From Podarcis gaigeae (taxonomy: Eukaryota): a stretch of DNA of 64,000 nt. The stretch lies in NCBI GenBank assembly GCA_964106915.2, contig OZ066919.1. One strand, 5' to 3'. A program made the position numbers and the translations under genes. Numbering within the stretch: position 1 is the stretch's first letter; each line of letters starts with the position of its first letter. The notes beneath the pieces were generated by a model. It saw only the letters and a list, made by a program, of their open reading frames with translations, ran no database searches and had not been told where the DNA came from. Below are positions 35,722 to 49,694 of this stretch, in pieces.

Positions 35722-37464
35722 GTAAGTGTGCAGGAAGCTTACCCCCAATATGACACTTTATTTTGTGCTGCTTATAGAAAGCAAAATGTGAATTTAATCC
35801 ATGATCCGTAGTCCTTTCCCAAAGCCACACTCATCTAATAGAGGTAATTCCTCTGGTCAGAGACTCTGTAACTTCTGTGTTTGTGCAGTGTCTAGCATAC
35901 TGGTGCTAAATGTTAGATAGAAGCTGTAATAGTGATTATCAGAAAGGTGATTAAAAAATGATAAAAATAGATTTCACAAATGAGGAATGCAAATTGCAAC
36001 GTTTCACATAAAACAGGTATGACTGGGTCAGATGTGGTCATATGTGCTATATGTTTTAAATTGCATCAATACACATATGATACTGCTTCATGTTGCTTGA
36101 GAGAGTATGTACTTATGTACTTCCCTGGCACATGGGGGAAGTACATTGTTTTCCCTCCTTCAAGATATATAAATTGAATAAGTTGTTGTTATGTGAAATG
36201 GAATTCTCTCAAAATGAATGCAGCTGGAAGATGTCAAGATAAGTTCTTACTGGGACCTTTTGGGTCCCCAAAACGTTTTGCCACCAACCCTTACTACACT
36301 CAACACAACTCAGTGATTTTTAGGGCCATGGAGCCTGTGCCCTTAATGAAGCAAATGTGTTCATTTGCCAATGACTCCAACTGCTTGTCACAATATCAGC
36401 CACTTACCACTTCCTTTTAAAATTTGTAGCATCAAGTGACAGGTACTGCCAGTTGCCTTAATATACATATTGTGAAATTTGCTGCTATCTGCAAGCAAGT
36501 GTAAGTAACTGGAGCAAAATTTACATTTTTGATGAAAAGTTCTAGCCCATGGGAATATGGTATTCCACTTGTTTTAGTTTTACATCCCATAGCTTGTCTT
36601 ACAGAGGCTAGGCTAGTCTCATTTGCAGAAAAATCAGTCTGGCCACCTGCTTCTTCTTTGGGGAATATAAACAGGGACGTACAAGCAGGTTTCAAGATTC
36701 CAGCCAATTAACAGGAATCTTATAGCACTGTTTGTGGGCTCATATAATGCTGGAGTGATCATTTTTTTACCTGATGGCACACATCTGCACATAATGCTAC
36801 TCTTCTTGCTTGGATGCTATAAGTAAGCTTAAGCAGGCCTATTTCTTCCTTCAGTTTTCTTTTTTATTTCTTCAGCCAACACCTTTGGCAAACCATGGCT
36901 GAACTTCCCTCAAGATTCTGTAGGTACTGGAAGTTTATAGGTCCTTGCTAGGGCATTTTCACATTATTAATATTATTATTTTAAATAATGAAATAATATA
37001 TTTCTGAATATTTGGGGAATCTCCTCAATATGCAGAATTACCACCTTTGTTTGGATGATGGACTTGTTTTGCTTCCATACTGATGGGCATGGAATCACCT
37101 AAGTTTTGTATTAGAGGGGATGGTGATATTTTCATTTTATTATGTATTTTATGTTCTGATTTTCATTTTAATATTGTGAACGGCCCTGTGATCTTCAGAT
37201 GAAAGGCAGTATACAAATTTCAAAAGTAAATAAATATGAAAAACAACTCAATTCAATTTTCATCATTCTTATGTCCTTCACTCAGGAATGGACTCCCTTT
37301 CACTTTGAGGGATTACAGCAAAAATGTTCCCTTAATTTCTCCAGTATGTTAGCAGTGTGAGTAAACATAGAGTATAAGGTAATTTGTAGATGGAACAGAG
37401 CTGCTGATTAGAGGACACAGAAAAGAATGTTTCATCTATGTCTGAGATACACTTCATCACTATA

Positions 37465-37706
37465 CAGTGGTACCTCGGGTTACATATGCTTCAGGTTACA
37501 TACGCTTCAGGTTACAGACTCCGCTAACCCAGAAATAGTACCTCGGGTTAAGAACTTTGCTTCAGGATGAGAACAGAAATCGTGCTCTGGCGGCGCAGCA
37601 ACAGCCGGAGGCCCCATTAGCTAAAGTGGTGCTTCAGGTTAAGAACAGTTTCAGGTTAAGAACAGACCTCCGGAATGAATTAAGTACTTAACCCGAGGTA
37701 CCACTG
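37465..37706. mobile_element. Tc1/mariner (Tigger/pogo-like) MITE
   Basis: Perfect TIRs cagtggtacctcgggtta / taacccgaggtaccactg, TA TSD, internal ttcaggtta subrepeats. Confidence 0.92.
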
Positions 37707-39444
37707 TACTAGAATTGATAGAATGGGAAACCATGCAGACATTCCTTAAGCCTCTTCAGGTCCTATTTATTTCTGTTACAATATATTCCTGTCATTAGAT
37801 ATAGAAAAAGTAAATGATCCTCCCAAGACCCTTCCTCATATGCCTTTTAAATATCTGGGTTTCTTTTGCTGGAAGAGGACAAATTGCCCAGCTAGGTCAG
37901 CTCTGTGCTTCAGCATTCTGTCTTCATCATTAGGCTGCATTATCTGATTCAAAGGAATGGGTAAAAGATAAACAATTGTTGCATAGAGCCAGGACAAGTT
38001 GCCTGTTAAGAAGATTTTAACACCTTCCCCACAGTATGTTTTTTCTTGTTCCCCCAGCAAGGTAGATAATGTATTTTGAAAAGCTTCTTGATTAATATTT
38101 GGAATCATTTTCAGTTAAACTGTTTTTTTATTGAGTATATACCCAAGTATATTCTCATAGTTGTGTGGTTTTTTTTAATCCTCATAAATTTGTTATCCTA
38201 CTTTTTTGTACTAGTGACAACCAATCTAAAGGTGACATTGTGCAGAAAAATATTTCCTCATCTCAGTTTTCACTCTTTGCTTCACAGAATGGCCCTTATT
38301 CTTTTATCCTATGAGCTAGGCAGGCTAGATATTGCCCCTCTGCATTCCTGTTGGACTTTGTAATTATAGAGATGTTTGTCATCTCCTCTCTAAGGTAAAC
38401 AATCCCAGCCTTTGCAATTTTCCTGTACAGAAGAATCAGCCCAGACCCGTGAGAGTTCATTCCCCTTCCTTTTCTGGCATACTCCACCCCCACAATACAT
38501 TTGGAAGGTGTGTTTTTTTCATGAAATGGGAGACTTGGAATGAATACACTTTGCTAGGTGGGATTTCTAAAGGTGTGCCATGGCCTGCTATGAGAGAGCA
38601 CTAGGCAGTAAGCTTCTTAGAGAGTGAGTGAGTCAGACCACCTAGATGGCGAAGAGTCATGTGATGAAATTCAATCAGTTTATTTATGCAGACAGACATG
38701 GAGAAAAAATATGTAGTGATTAGACTCTGAAATCAAGAACATGCAAATTTGGTGTAAGATGCACTTCTAGTCATTAAGAATAATTGCACCCAAAACGACT
38801 CAAAGAGAATGATGAGAAAGCCAGGGATACTACTGAGATTGACTATTTTCTTAAACAAATGTAAGTAATCCAGGTGTTTAGTTTCTACGTACATAAGAGA
38901 TAAAATGAGACATTCAAAGCTCTTTCCCCCTAAAAATTAACCTTCAGAAGTGGGAAAATAGTCAGAACTGAACATCAGGAAGACATCTTGCATTATTTCA
39001 TTTTCATTTTCAATTAGGCTGGATTTTAACACACAGCAAAGCAACTCATTATTTACAGATATGCTGAAAATATGATTGCAGAATGCATAGTAGAATACTT
39101 TAATTGTGTATTTTCTGTTGGTCATTTTTATATTTGTGTTCTGCATACTGACTATAAACATATATGAAATCTATTAAAACCAGCCCTTTCATTAAAAGCC
39201 CCAAAGCCTGTTGGAGCAAGAAAGTCTTCACCAGCCAGCACAAGGACAACAAAGAAGGAGCCAGTCTAGCTTCTCTAGGGAAGGAGTGATTGCAATTTAA
39301 CTTCTCAAATATGCTCTGCCCCTAGTAGCATGTATATTCTTGTACCAGAACAACCGGCTGATTGTCAGGAAAAGTGGGGCTTCAAAGCATTGCGCAGGTT
39401 GAAAATGGGTCTCCTGATGTATTAGTGACATCAGTTGATTGACA

Positions 39445-40055
39445 GTTGATCTTCTGGTGGGGGATATGTCCTGCTTCTTCTAGGGTAGTTTGTCCACCTT
39501 TGGTCCTCGCCTGCACTCAGCTTTCATCTGTGGCTCCTAGATGCTGTCAGCATGTGACAGCAGTCACACCTCTGGAAACAGCTTTGACTGGCTGGCTAAA
39601 CCTGGTGAAGGTAGCTGATAGGTCTCAAACTCTCAGTGAGTTAGGGACTTTCCCTACATGTGAAGACAGGGTCTGGCAGATTGAGTGGGTCCAGTGGTCA
39701 AGAGGGTGATTTCATTCATGACAGAAAGGCTTTGGGAGTGATCCCTGTGGAAAAATCTTCAGGAGAAGAAAAGGCTAAGGAATAAACCTGACACAAATCC
39801 TGAGTGGAGTCCCTAAGACGGTTGGATGGTGTCTTGTATACCTCCTTCCGGCAACTCTTGCAGCCAAGCTGGTGCCAAATGTATTGCTCTGAATTCCTTT
39901 AAACCACAAAAGCAAGGCCAAGAGGGGGGTCTTGTCATCTGGGCAGCCCAGGATCTCCATATACATTGCCCAGGCTTGCACTCCCAGGTAGTCACTATGC
40001 AGTTTGACTTCATCCCGTGAGGCAAATTCCATTGTCTCTTGAGACAGGCACTGCT
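39445..40055 (+). mobile_element. Unclassified interspersed repeat, possibly RTE-related non-autonomous element
   Basis: About 600-bp GC-richer non-coding block with recalled squamate repeat motifs (gagtggagtccctaagacggttggatgg; ccattgtctcttgagacag). No coding remnant recognised. Confidence 0.3.
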
Positions 40056-41704
40056 GTGACAAGATTTTCTATTTTAGCAAGGATTTCCCTTATCCAAATT
40101 ATGCATGTATACATTCTGAGAATCCATTTCCCCCTACTTTCATTCTTATCAACAAAACAGCTTCTGATGAGGGGTTTTGATGTGTATGGTGGGTGACAAA
40201 CATTTTTTTGCTAGCCTCTTTTTGCTCAGTTTATTTTTATTTTGAAAAACATTATCTTAAATACACATACAATTAAATTTCTTTGGAATGTAGAAAAGAG
40301 ACTGCAGAAATGAACATGCTCTGAATTGAGCTTTCTGAGGTTTTGATAGGTTGTGTTACAATATCAAATTGGTAAAATCAACCAAGGAGGGCTTTAATTA
40401 GAACCTGATGTTTAACTTTATGAAAGTATGCTTGGGCATGTTTTAAAAAAATCTAGTTTATGAGACTTTAAGGAAAACAGATTTTTGCCAATGGCCTCTA
40501 TCAGATGAAGTAAACGGTAAACTATTTGGTCAGATGCTTTGAACAAAAGCAAAATTAGCTATGCAGGTGTAGGACCTTAGAAAGTTAGGATCTTGTGCTA
40601 CACATAGGGACAATTACAATCCCATCTGAGAACTTGTTTGCATCCACTTGGGACCTCCATGTACTCATGAGTTATACTTTAGTGCACAACTGGAATGTAT
40701 GAAGCAACCCCAGGGAAAAGGAGGGTGGCTATGAAACAGGGTTTCTCACAAAAGCATTGTACCTTCCTTTGTATAGACTGTGACACCTATGAGCTGCTTG
40801 TTACTGTATTACTTTAGAGCAGAGGCAGTGGGAATAGGAGTGATTTGCAGCACCATCCTACCAAATGGATGCCAAGGGTAAATCTTTGCCATAAAGACAC
40901 TGCAGAGTCCTCTTCATGTAATGTGCAGCTTGCTCTTTAATCTTTGTGGTATCTTAACAGTCAGTTAACCAAACCTCCTCTTTTTGTCAAGAACTTAATT
41001 GAAAAAGGTACTGGGGAATTAATGAAAGATAATATGTAATGAAAGTCCTCTCACAAAGTGTCTATCTTGAGCATGTCCAGAATTGTACAAAAAGGCACCA
41101 GCAAAGCATAAGGTCAGGCAGAGGCTTGAGGTAGATCATCTCCTTAATAACTAGGGCCAATCTGAAATCATTATAAAGGGCCGTAATATTCCATACCTCT
41201 TTCCAAGCTTAAATAAACTTCAGGGCGCTGCTAGCACACCACATATGGTAACAATGTGCTGCCAATTAACTTTGTAATTTTAGGGGGGTTTTCAACAGGG
41301 TTGAGAAGGCTGAGTGAAATGGTTCAAGGCTGATCTCAAAGTGTTTCTTCCAGGATTTAATAAATGGTTAAATGCAGGAACATTCTCCACTTTGAGACTA
41401 TAATTTGTGCCAGATGAATCTGGAGAATACTGTGAGGTACAATAGTGCATAGACAGCAAAGATGGCTGAAAGATTCATTCAGTTGTGTGAGACTTGCTTT
41501 CTAGGCAGAATTGGATAGGGTATGTGGAAAGTGGGGAAGCTTCAGTGTGTTGTAGGCTTTTTAGTGATATATGCCTCTGGATTGAGAAGTGGGTAAGGCA
41601 AACTTTCAGGGAAAGACCATCAAATCTTTCTCCTTCCCTTAACACTGTCAGCATTATTTGGGGGTATAAAAGAAACTTTTGGTGCAGGACTTTAAGGTAG
41701 GGTA

Positions 41705-41995
41705 TTGGCAGCATGTCACCCCACTGCTCAAACTGCACTGGCTTCCATATTGTCTTTTGGGCCCAGTTCAGAGTGCTGGTTTGGACCTTTAAAGCCCCAT
41801 ACCAGGTAGGACCAGGATATCTGAGGGATAACTGTCTGAATCACCCTGCTCATTAAGATCATCCCTAGAGATCCACTTGTCGGTTCAAATACATGTTTTG
41901 AAACAAGGAAGAGACTTTATCTGCTACCACTCCCATACTCTGGAACATCCTGCCCTGGGGAGGTTTGTTTTGCCCCCTGTTTGTATGCCTTCTAC
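41705..41995 (+). mobile_element. Degenerate L2 LINE fragment
   Basis: HVTPLLKLHWLP...FRVLVWTFKA L2-type motif. Confidence 0.7.
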
Positions 41996-42615
41996 TAGAG
42001 CAGTGGTTTCCAGTTAGCTAAGTACTGCAGACCCCCTGCTTTTCAAAAGCCAAGCTATGAACCCCCCACTTTTGAAAATGTTATCTATGTGGTAGTTTTT
42101 ATTACGTGCATAGTGCCAGCATAACCCTCCAACATGTCCCAGCACAAAACCAGGACAGGCACCTTCCAGCTTATAATTCTTTCAGGTAAATAACTAAAGA
42201 CCACTACTTCTAATTAGCATTCAGGGTGCATCCTTATAAATCATTTTTTGTAGCAGATTGATTACGCAGAGTAATTCACACTCTTATCTTTTCTGTCCTT
42301 GCTACTATCATTCCAATTATACAGAATGGAAACTAATGTTAGTAGAGATAGTATCTAGCTCTCTGTGTGGTCTTGGGTAATTCATGAGCTAGGCTTTAGT
42401 TGTCTTTTCAGCCAGTTTGTTGCTCTAGTGAGAAATGACATCCATAGGAGTGACTGAATTCAGCTGATACATATTGATGCTGTGCTCATGACCTGGCTTG
42501 TTTACCTGCTGTAAATGTGTGTTGCATTTGTATCTGTTCAGCATGATCTTAAGCCATAGAATGCACTTTTCTGCAGTTATTTGGTCAAACTGGACGTTGC
42601 ATACAACAGCATGTA

Positions 42616-42847
42616 CAGTGGTACCTCGGGTTACAGACCCTTCAGGTTACAGACGCTTCAGGTTACAGACTCCGCTAACCCAGAAATTAGTACCTCAGGT
42701 TAAGAACTTTGCTTCAGGATGAGAACAGAAATCGTGTGGCGGCGGGGGGAAGCCCCATTAGCTAAAGTGGTACCTCGGGTTAAGAACAGTTTCAGGTTAA
42801 GAATGGACCTCCAGAATGAATTAAGTTCTTAACCCGAGGTACTACTG
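42616..42847. mobile_element. Tc1/mariner (Tigger/pogo-like) MITE
   Basis: Same TIRs and TA TSD as 37465-37706. Confidence 0.92.
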
Positions 42848-43318
42848 TATACAGGACCCAGCCAGGGGTGTATGTTAGTCTGTTTAATGAAAAGCAATCT
42901 TGAGGGGCTGTACTTTTCCATGAAATAGCTGAGACTATGTGAATGTACACTTTAACTCTTTCCTTGCTGGCCATATTCCTGCTCAAAATCACCCTTCCTA
43001 AACTGCCTTTTTCTGTGATTTGGATTATATTTGCCGTTATAAAAATGTATTTTTATGTAAAGTGTCATATGCCCCTTATTCTGCATTATACCTCAAGTAT
43101 ATGTTGAACAAAAGATTTCTAAAATTATTGCCTTTTCAAAGGACATTGATTTAAGCCTCAAAAGCTGGAAGAAATGCTAGATCTTTGACTTTCTCCATTA
43201 TCTTCACTGTTAATTTATCGAATTTGTTGTAAGATATCCTCCCAATGGAGACAATGCCTGAAGACATTGTTGTAAGCTGCCCAGAGTGGCTGAGGCAACC
43301 CAATTGGATGGCTGGGGA

Positions 43319-43320
<2 letters not shown>

Positions 43321-43350
<30 letters not shown>

Positions 43351-43363
43351 AGCAGCAGCAGCA
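43321..43363 (+). repeat. Compound (GAT)10(AGC)4 microsatellite at the tail of an L2 3' end (about 43270-43320)
   Basis: Direct reading; preceded by tgtaagctgcccagagtggctgaggcaacc, whose complement occurs near 34400. Confidence 0.9.
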
Positions 43364-44846
43364 AAGGAGACGCAGATTTCTGATATATGCTCCCATCTTC
43401 TTTTTCTTCTTCACACGCAGGCTACATTATCTTCATCTAATTGAGAAATGAAATCTATACTCACACTCTATTGGGATTGTAGTGGGAGTTACTCTGGCAC
43501 TATACCAGTGCAACAGCCACCATATCCAATATATTCTCAGCCCTGAAAAGGGGCGGGGGGGGGGATAAACAACTAGAAAATATTAAAAAAAACTCATAAA
43601 AATAGAAGACATGACCATAGAGTCTCAGTAGATTCTGCAAGTGCCCCATCAATCAGGATCTGTGGTGCTGCCACCCACATGCTACCTGCACATGGAGAGA
43701 GCCAATTAATTTATGATGATGGGGACACATGCCCCACAGCTCCATAGCACCTCCCCTCCATCAGCCCCAATCACATAGCCTGCAATGATCCCACTTTTTC
43801 CAGTCCTACATGCAGAAGTTTTAATCCACTTCTGCTACTCACACCCAGCATTTGTAGCACAATGCACAAAAGGGGAAGACGAGGAGCCCTCAAATTACAG
43901 CTCCAACAGTTTCCTGTGTAGGACACCCGTACAGAGCACACACAGCCATCTTTGGACAAGGGCCAAAGCAGCAGTGAGATTCTAATAGCTACCCGTCCCA
44001 AAGAAGCAGTCTGTAAGAAGTGGCTTCCTGACTTTGACCAATGGCATGTTTGCAGATGAATCCAGGGTTTTTGGCAGAAGCTAAGTACTACTTATTTTGG
44101 TGGCCAATCTGGCTGGATGTCAGATAACTTGCCTCTTATCTACAAACATCCATAAAGCAGGTTTACTTTCCTGCGATGATGGGGTGGCCAAAGGCAAGCC
44201 AACTTTGAATGGCAAAGGGCACAGGCAGTGACTGTTGGTAAGCATCACAAGACAGTTTGTCCACCACAGTTAAGAGGCCACAAGGGATCTGTGACTAATC
44301 AGAACTCACAACCGGATGACTGAGGTGTCCCTCATAAGGAAAAAAAGAATGCATTTTTAGACTTAATCCAATTACTGGTGGAAGATGTTTGCTGTAGGAA
44401 GCCTTTTTTTTCCCTTTCTTGAAATTAATTCATTGATTGATAGTTGAATATAGGTATTGGAGTATATGCTTGTGTCAGATATGGCAAAGGTTCTGGGAAT
44501 TAATTAGACTTGCGCTTCTGTTGCAGATTATGCAAATACCCACTCACATACTTGGCTACTGCTGTGGGAGTAAGATTGTTTTCCTCTGGTATGTTTGTAG
44601 TAGCACCACACACGTTGTTCAGAGCAAAACCAAACTAGGCACACAGTTCTGGTCATATGTAGTGTTCCAGATAAATGGAATTTCTCAATAATGATGCACC
44701 CATGCAGCAGCATTCATTTCTCTTGTGCACCTTTGAAATGCCTGTCCCCTTAAAGTCCAAGGAACACTTTACTAAATGAGCAGTGGGTGGAGGAGCACTG
44801 CACCCAAGGCCATCAAACTTACTGCCTTTCCACCATTCCACTAGTA

Positions 44847-45413
44847 CAGAGGTTTTCAACCTTTTTGAGTCCACAGCTCCCATAACCAACTACATTCTTT
44901 CTGGGGCACCCCTGTGCGGCTCAGGAGCCCTGTTATGTCACCTCTTGCCTGCTGTCCCCCTTTCTTGAACAACCTCCCTTGTTCCCTCAGCTGCTTCTTC
45001 TGTCCCCTCCTTGGGAGTCTTCCAGGCAGCTGCTGCTCCCCCCCCCCCCGGTCTCTGAGCTGCCCCCCTGCCCCCAAAGAGAGATGCCTCCTCACTCTTG
45101 GGATTGTCTGGGATTGTCTGTCCATTCCCAACACCAAGGGCTGGCAGACTGGTTGGCTGGGGTACCTTGCCCACTTTCTTGCTTGCCGACAGGCCACTTC
45201 AGCTCCTGGCAGCCAACACCTTCTGACCAGCCCCAGAAGCACCATTTGTCTGTGGAGCTTGTAGCCAGGGCTGCTGCAACAAACAGCTGTGCAAGCCTTT
45301 GGGAGGCAGAGAAATGAGAGGGCATCAGAGGAAGGAGGGAAGGAAAGAGGGACAGAGGCCAGTGTTGTCCGTTGCACCCCAGGGTGCCACAGCACACTGG
45401 TTGAAAACCACTG
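44847..45413. mobile_element. hAT non-autonomous transposon (567 bp)
   Basis: 15-bp TIRs cagaggttttcaacc / ggttgaaaaccactg and a perfect 8-bp TSD cactagta (44839-46, 45414-21). Confidence 0.9.
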
Positions 45414-46190
45414 CACTAGTAGGATCTGAAGCCAGATTCTACTATACTAGGGTGGGGAAAAGGATTCCTTACCAATCACTCTAGCAACAATGCATGCAGC
45501 AGTGCCAAAGCCCTTTCTGAACAGTATCTGGGATGAAGGAGATCCTGAAAAGGGGAAGGCAAATGTGTGGGGCAGTCTGAAACTATCTTGTACCTTGGAC
45601 ACTGGTTGAATAGACAGCAGTGTAGCATGTGCAATGTCTCATATGGCACAAAACCAAGTTTGGAAGACTTACTGTTTGTCATGGAACTTGAAAGGATACA
45701 GAAGCCTGCCTGGAATGGTTAGTTCAACAACCCCACAGAGGAACAGCGGGGAACATCCTGGTCATTGCTGCTGATCATGGGGTGGGCCTCTCTCACGATC
45801 AGCATGGAATGGAGTGTGGGATATATTCTAAATCTGGGAGAGAGCAGCCTGCAGAGAGCAAAGGAAGTAACAGAACAGAAATAAAAAGCAATAATTAGGA
45901 GCAGGCGCACATAGTCCCTGGACCTAGATGCAAGTAAGATTTTTTTAAGGTTAGAGAGGAGATGGAGGTGTCACATGGGTGCTTAGTTAGTACTCATGCA
46001 TCAGCCTCCCCATCACCTCCTGAGTATACTTCCACATTCCCCATGGAGTTTGCAGGGGAACTCTGACATTTGCAGGCACAGCTTGCATACAGCCTGTGAT
46101 ACTGCAAGTTATAAGTTCTCACAAGTGTTTGGCCAGTAGCAGCAATGGTTAGATCAGAGTGCCTCGCCCTTGCCAACAGAGAGTTTAGTT

Positions 46191-46796
46191 GAATCATAGA
46201 GTTGGAAGAGACCACAAGGGCCATCGAGTCCAACCCCCTGCCAAGCAGGAAACACCATCAGAGCACTCCTGACATATGGTTGTCAAGCCTCTGCTTAAAG
46301 ACCTCCAAAGAAAGAGACTCCACCACACTCCTTGGCAGCAAATTCCATGGTCGAACAGCTCTTACTGTCAGGAAGTTCTTCCTAATGTTTAGGTGGAATC
46401 TTCTTTCTTGTAGTTTGGATCCATTGCTCCGTGTCCGCTTCTCTGGAGCAGCAGAAAACAACCTTTCTCCCTCCTCTGTGTGACATCCTTTTATATATTT
46501 GAACATGGCTATCATATCACCCCTTAACCTCCTCTTCTCCAGGCTAAACATGCCCAGCTCCCTTAGCCGTTCTTCATAAGGCATCGTTTCCGGGCCTTTG
46601 ACCATTTTGGTTGCCCTCCTCTGGACACGTTCCAGTTTGTCAGTGTCCTTCTTGAACTGTGGTGCCCAGAACTGGACACAGTACTCCAGGTGAGGTCTAA
46701 CCAGAGCAGAATACAGTGGCACTATTACTTCCCTTGATCTAGATGCTATACTCCTATTGATGCAGCCCAGAATTGCTTTGGCTTTTTTAGCTGCCG
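46191..46796 (-). mobile_element. Young 5'-truncated CR1 LINE (ORF2 C-terminus intact)
   Basis: [54 protein letters not shown]; stop at 46258; ctatgattc tail. Confidence 0.95.
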
Positions 46797-48939
46797 ATAT
46801 GGGAGGCACTGCTCTCTGCTGTTGGGATGGAACAATGCTAGTGCAATACAGTTGAGAAAAAAATGCAGTAAAGGGGTGCGAGACATATAAAATTGCTGCA
46901 GCGTTATACATTATTATAATATGTGATCCTTCTTGTTAGCTATACAGGGTACTCTGTCCTGCCCCTCCCCCCATTGGAGTGGAATGGGAATTGCTGTTGA
47001 ACATTTGTGTCTGGAGTCTCAAAGTGTAGTATCAGGGAAATATTAGTAATGTGTGTTGTGAGGTCAGGCTATTTTCTCTCTTTTTCCCATCACCAAAGTT
47101 CCCCTGTGAGTTGTAGTCCCATAGCACAGACCCTTGGAGTTGTGATCTTTCACTGTGGGGTTTATATACTGTTTCAGTGTGCTGTGATTCAGTTCTAAGT
47201 TACACCATGTCCTGTTCCTTGTTGTGGCTAGGCAGTTGTCAATGCAGGGCTGTTTCTTTTATTTTCCTCCCTCCCATTGAAGTCAATAGAAGGGAACTTT
47301 GCTCCAGGTCTGGGGCTGGTGCAAAGGTGTGCCATTAGAGAGGTGTGTTTCTGTGGATTAAAGAGGTATAGCCTTCTCGTCCCATGTACTGCCCATAACC
47401 CACCCATGAGTCCATCCAGTTTCAACTGGGGTGTCTTCACTGCCATAATAGCACTGCCAGCAGTATGTACCACTGATATATCAGATGACTTTCACCAGAT
47501 TATCCACTATTGGCTCAGTTTTATGTGAAGCAGCAACCATCAATTGCTCCAGACTTCTTGTCCATTCTTTCCCTGTCCTATAAGATCAGACCCTGTCTTC
47601 GTTTGCCTGACTCTCCTGAATTCTTGTGTTCATATGCTTGTATTGCTGTTTTACCGGTTTTCTGATGTATTTTTGTTTTAATTACACTGTTTGTTGTTTT
47701 TAGGCTGTACTCCACTTAGAGATTTTTAAAAATTAAAGTGCTTTATACACGCATGCATAAATAAATAAATAAATAATATCAATTATGGCAGTGGCATATT
47801 TGTTGTTCTTCTGGTATAGTGGAGCATCTTTCAAATCCTGCAGTCCCTCAACCAATGAATAGGTACAGTTGTGCCTTCATGCCAGTGAGTAACAGGCCTA
47901 TGGGAAGGGTTGGTATCTCCACTTCTTGCAGTGGTGCCAGTTTGCCATGGAGCTTAAAATAGTTTACTTTACATTTTAAATTCAAAGCATGTAATTTAAA
48001 ATCTCTAGAATCCTACCTTTCATTTTGAAAATATGTGTGTAGCTTAAAGACATTCTATTATAATATAAATATAAACTGCAGAATAGGCTTTTGGGCCACA
48101 TAAAATTCTACTGGATTTTCCATCTCCTTATGAAAGGTAGCTAGCTGCCTTATACCAGGACAGATTATTAGTGCATCTAGTTTGGCTCTAAGTGCTCTGT
48201 GTGCCTGTTCAAAATCATCAGGAGATTATGAGGGCTGGAAGCAGTGATTTCAGCTATGAGGCAATGAAGTGTGCAGGATCATTCCCTTCCTTCCACTCCT
48301 TCATAAAAAAGAGTGTAAATTAATGCTCCTATTTAAGTTTTATGCATCTTCAAGCTTGTTGCTTTTATCTATATTTTCTTTTTCCAGTTCTTTTATCTGT
48401 TTGTCATGGATTTGGCTTAATTCTTCTGTTGCTATAGTTGTTTTTGTTAGAATCAAGCCTTGTGTTATGTTCTGTTAGTTTCATTTCCATGTCCTCATGA
48501 CCACTGCTCCTTGTGCATTTTTCTAATCTATGGGTTGTGCCAAAGAAGATTCCAGCAAAACAGTTAGATTATCCGGGATCACTGTCCTACGTTGTTATTC
48601 ATTTACTACCTTGGCACCATGAACGCCTAAAAAGTTTTACCACTTAGCCCACAGGATAGCTTCTATTACTTTGTTTCAACCATAGACTTATTATACTTCT
48701 ACGGACTTTCAAAGATTGACAGATGTGTGTTCATTTGTTTTCAAATATATTAGAGAATTTACAAGTGTACACATTTTGTTTTTGTTGTACTAAATCATGT
48801 ATATTGTGCAATAAGAACTACAGTGCTATCTAGTATTCTGGTCCTTGTGTTGCTTGTGTTGTTTGTTGTGTTAAGTTTGCAACACAGGGGTTTGTTGTTC
48901 TGTATTGGTGATGCTTTCTAACTTGACTATAAATTACTT

Positions 48940-49694
48940 GTAGCCAAGGTGAGCACAGATACGGTCAAGTTTGATGATGATACCAAATTGTTCAGGTTGA
49001 TAAAAACAAAAAGTAATTGCAAGGAACTCCAAAAGGATCTTTCCAAATTAATTGAATGAGTGATATGTGATTCAATGTAAGCAAATGTGAAGTGATGAAT
49101 ATTGGGGCAAGAAATCCTAATTTCATGTACATGCCAGTGGGGTCTGAACTGGTGGTGAGTGACAAGGAATGAGACCTCAGGGTTATGATGGATATTGATT
49201 ACAGTGTTGACCCAGTGTGCAGCAGCTGTGTAAAAGGCAAATTCCATATTGAGGGTCATTAGGAAAAGGATTGAAAATAAAACTGCCAATAGGATAGTGC
49301 TGTTTTTCAGTTAAACAGTGTGACTGTACTTGGAATACTATGCGTACTTCTGGTTGCAGCACCTCAGGAAGCCTATTGTAGAGCTGGAAAAGGTGAAGAA
49401 AGGGGCAAGGAAAATGATTAAGGGGCTGGAGCAACTCCCCTATGAAGAAAGGTTACAACATTTGGTGGTTTTTAGTTGGGGGGGGGGGGAGAAGCAAGTA
49501 AGTGGAAACATGAAAAAAAGGTGTATAGAAGTATCCATTGTGATCTAGCATCTGAGGCAGTATCCCTCTGAATACCAGTTTCTGGGAATCATCAATAGAA
49601 AGAGTGCTGTTGCTCTCAGATCCTGCTTGCAGGCTTCCCATAGGCAAACAGGGTGCCTTTGATCTGATCCAGCAGGACTCTTCTAATGCTCTTA
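48940..49694 (+). mobile_element. Old CR1 LINE fragment (RT to 3' UTR, internally deleted)
   Basis: KFDDDTKL (decayed FADDTKL), LEYYAYFW..HL, LEQLPYEERL, and tgatccagcaggactcttctaatgctctta terminus. Confidence 0.85.

Noticed and set aside
37465-37706. Spaced ttcaggttaca/ttcaggttaagaac repeats resembling a CRISPR-like array
   Set aside because: Internal subrepeats of a TA-flanked MITE in a vertebrate intron; no unique spacers or cas genes.
38638-38651. CTCF-like motif cacctagatggcg (and tgccatctaagtgg near 33526)
   Set aside because: Both deviate from the core consensus by mismatches or an insertion; unsupported without ChIP data.
38661-38730. Possible box C/D snoRNA (GTGATGA...CTGA, 70 nt)
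   Set aside because: No terminal stem, the C'-to-D spacing is too short, and no rRNA-complementary guide was recognised.
44856-45416. Cluster of overlapping 78-186 aa ORFs on both strands
   Set aside because: They fall within the GC-rich hAT element (TIRs plus 8-bp TSD); there is no transposase or other protein motif.
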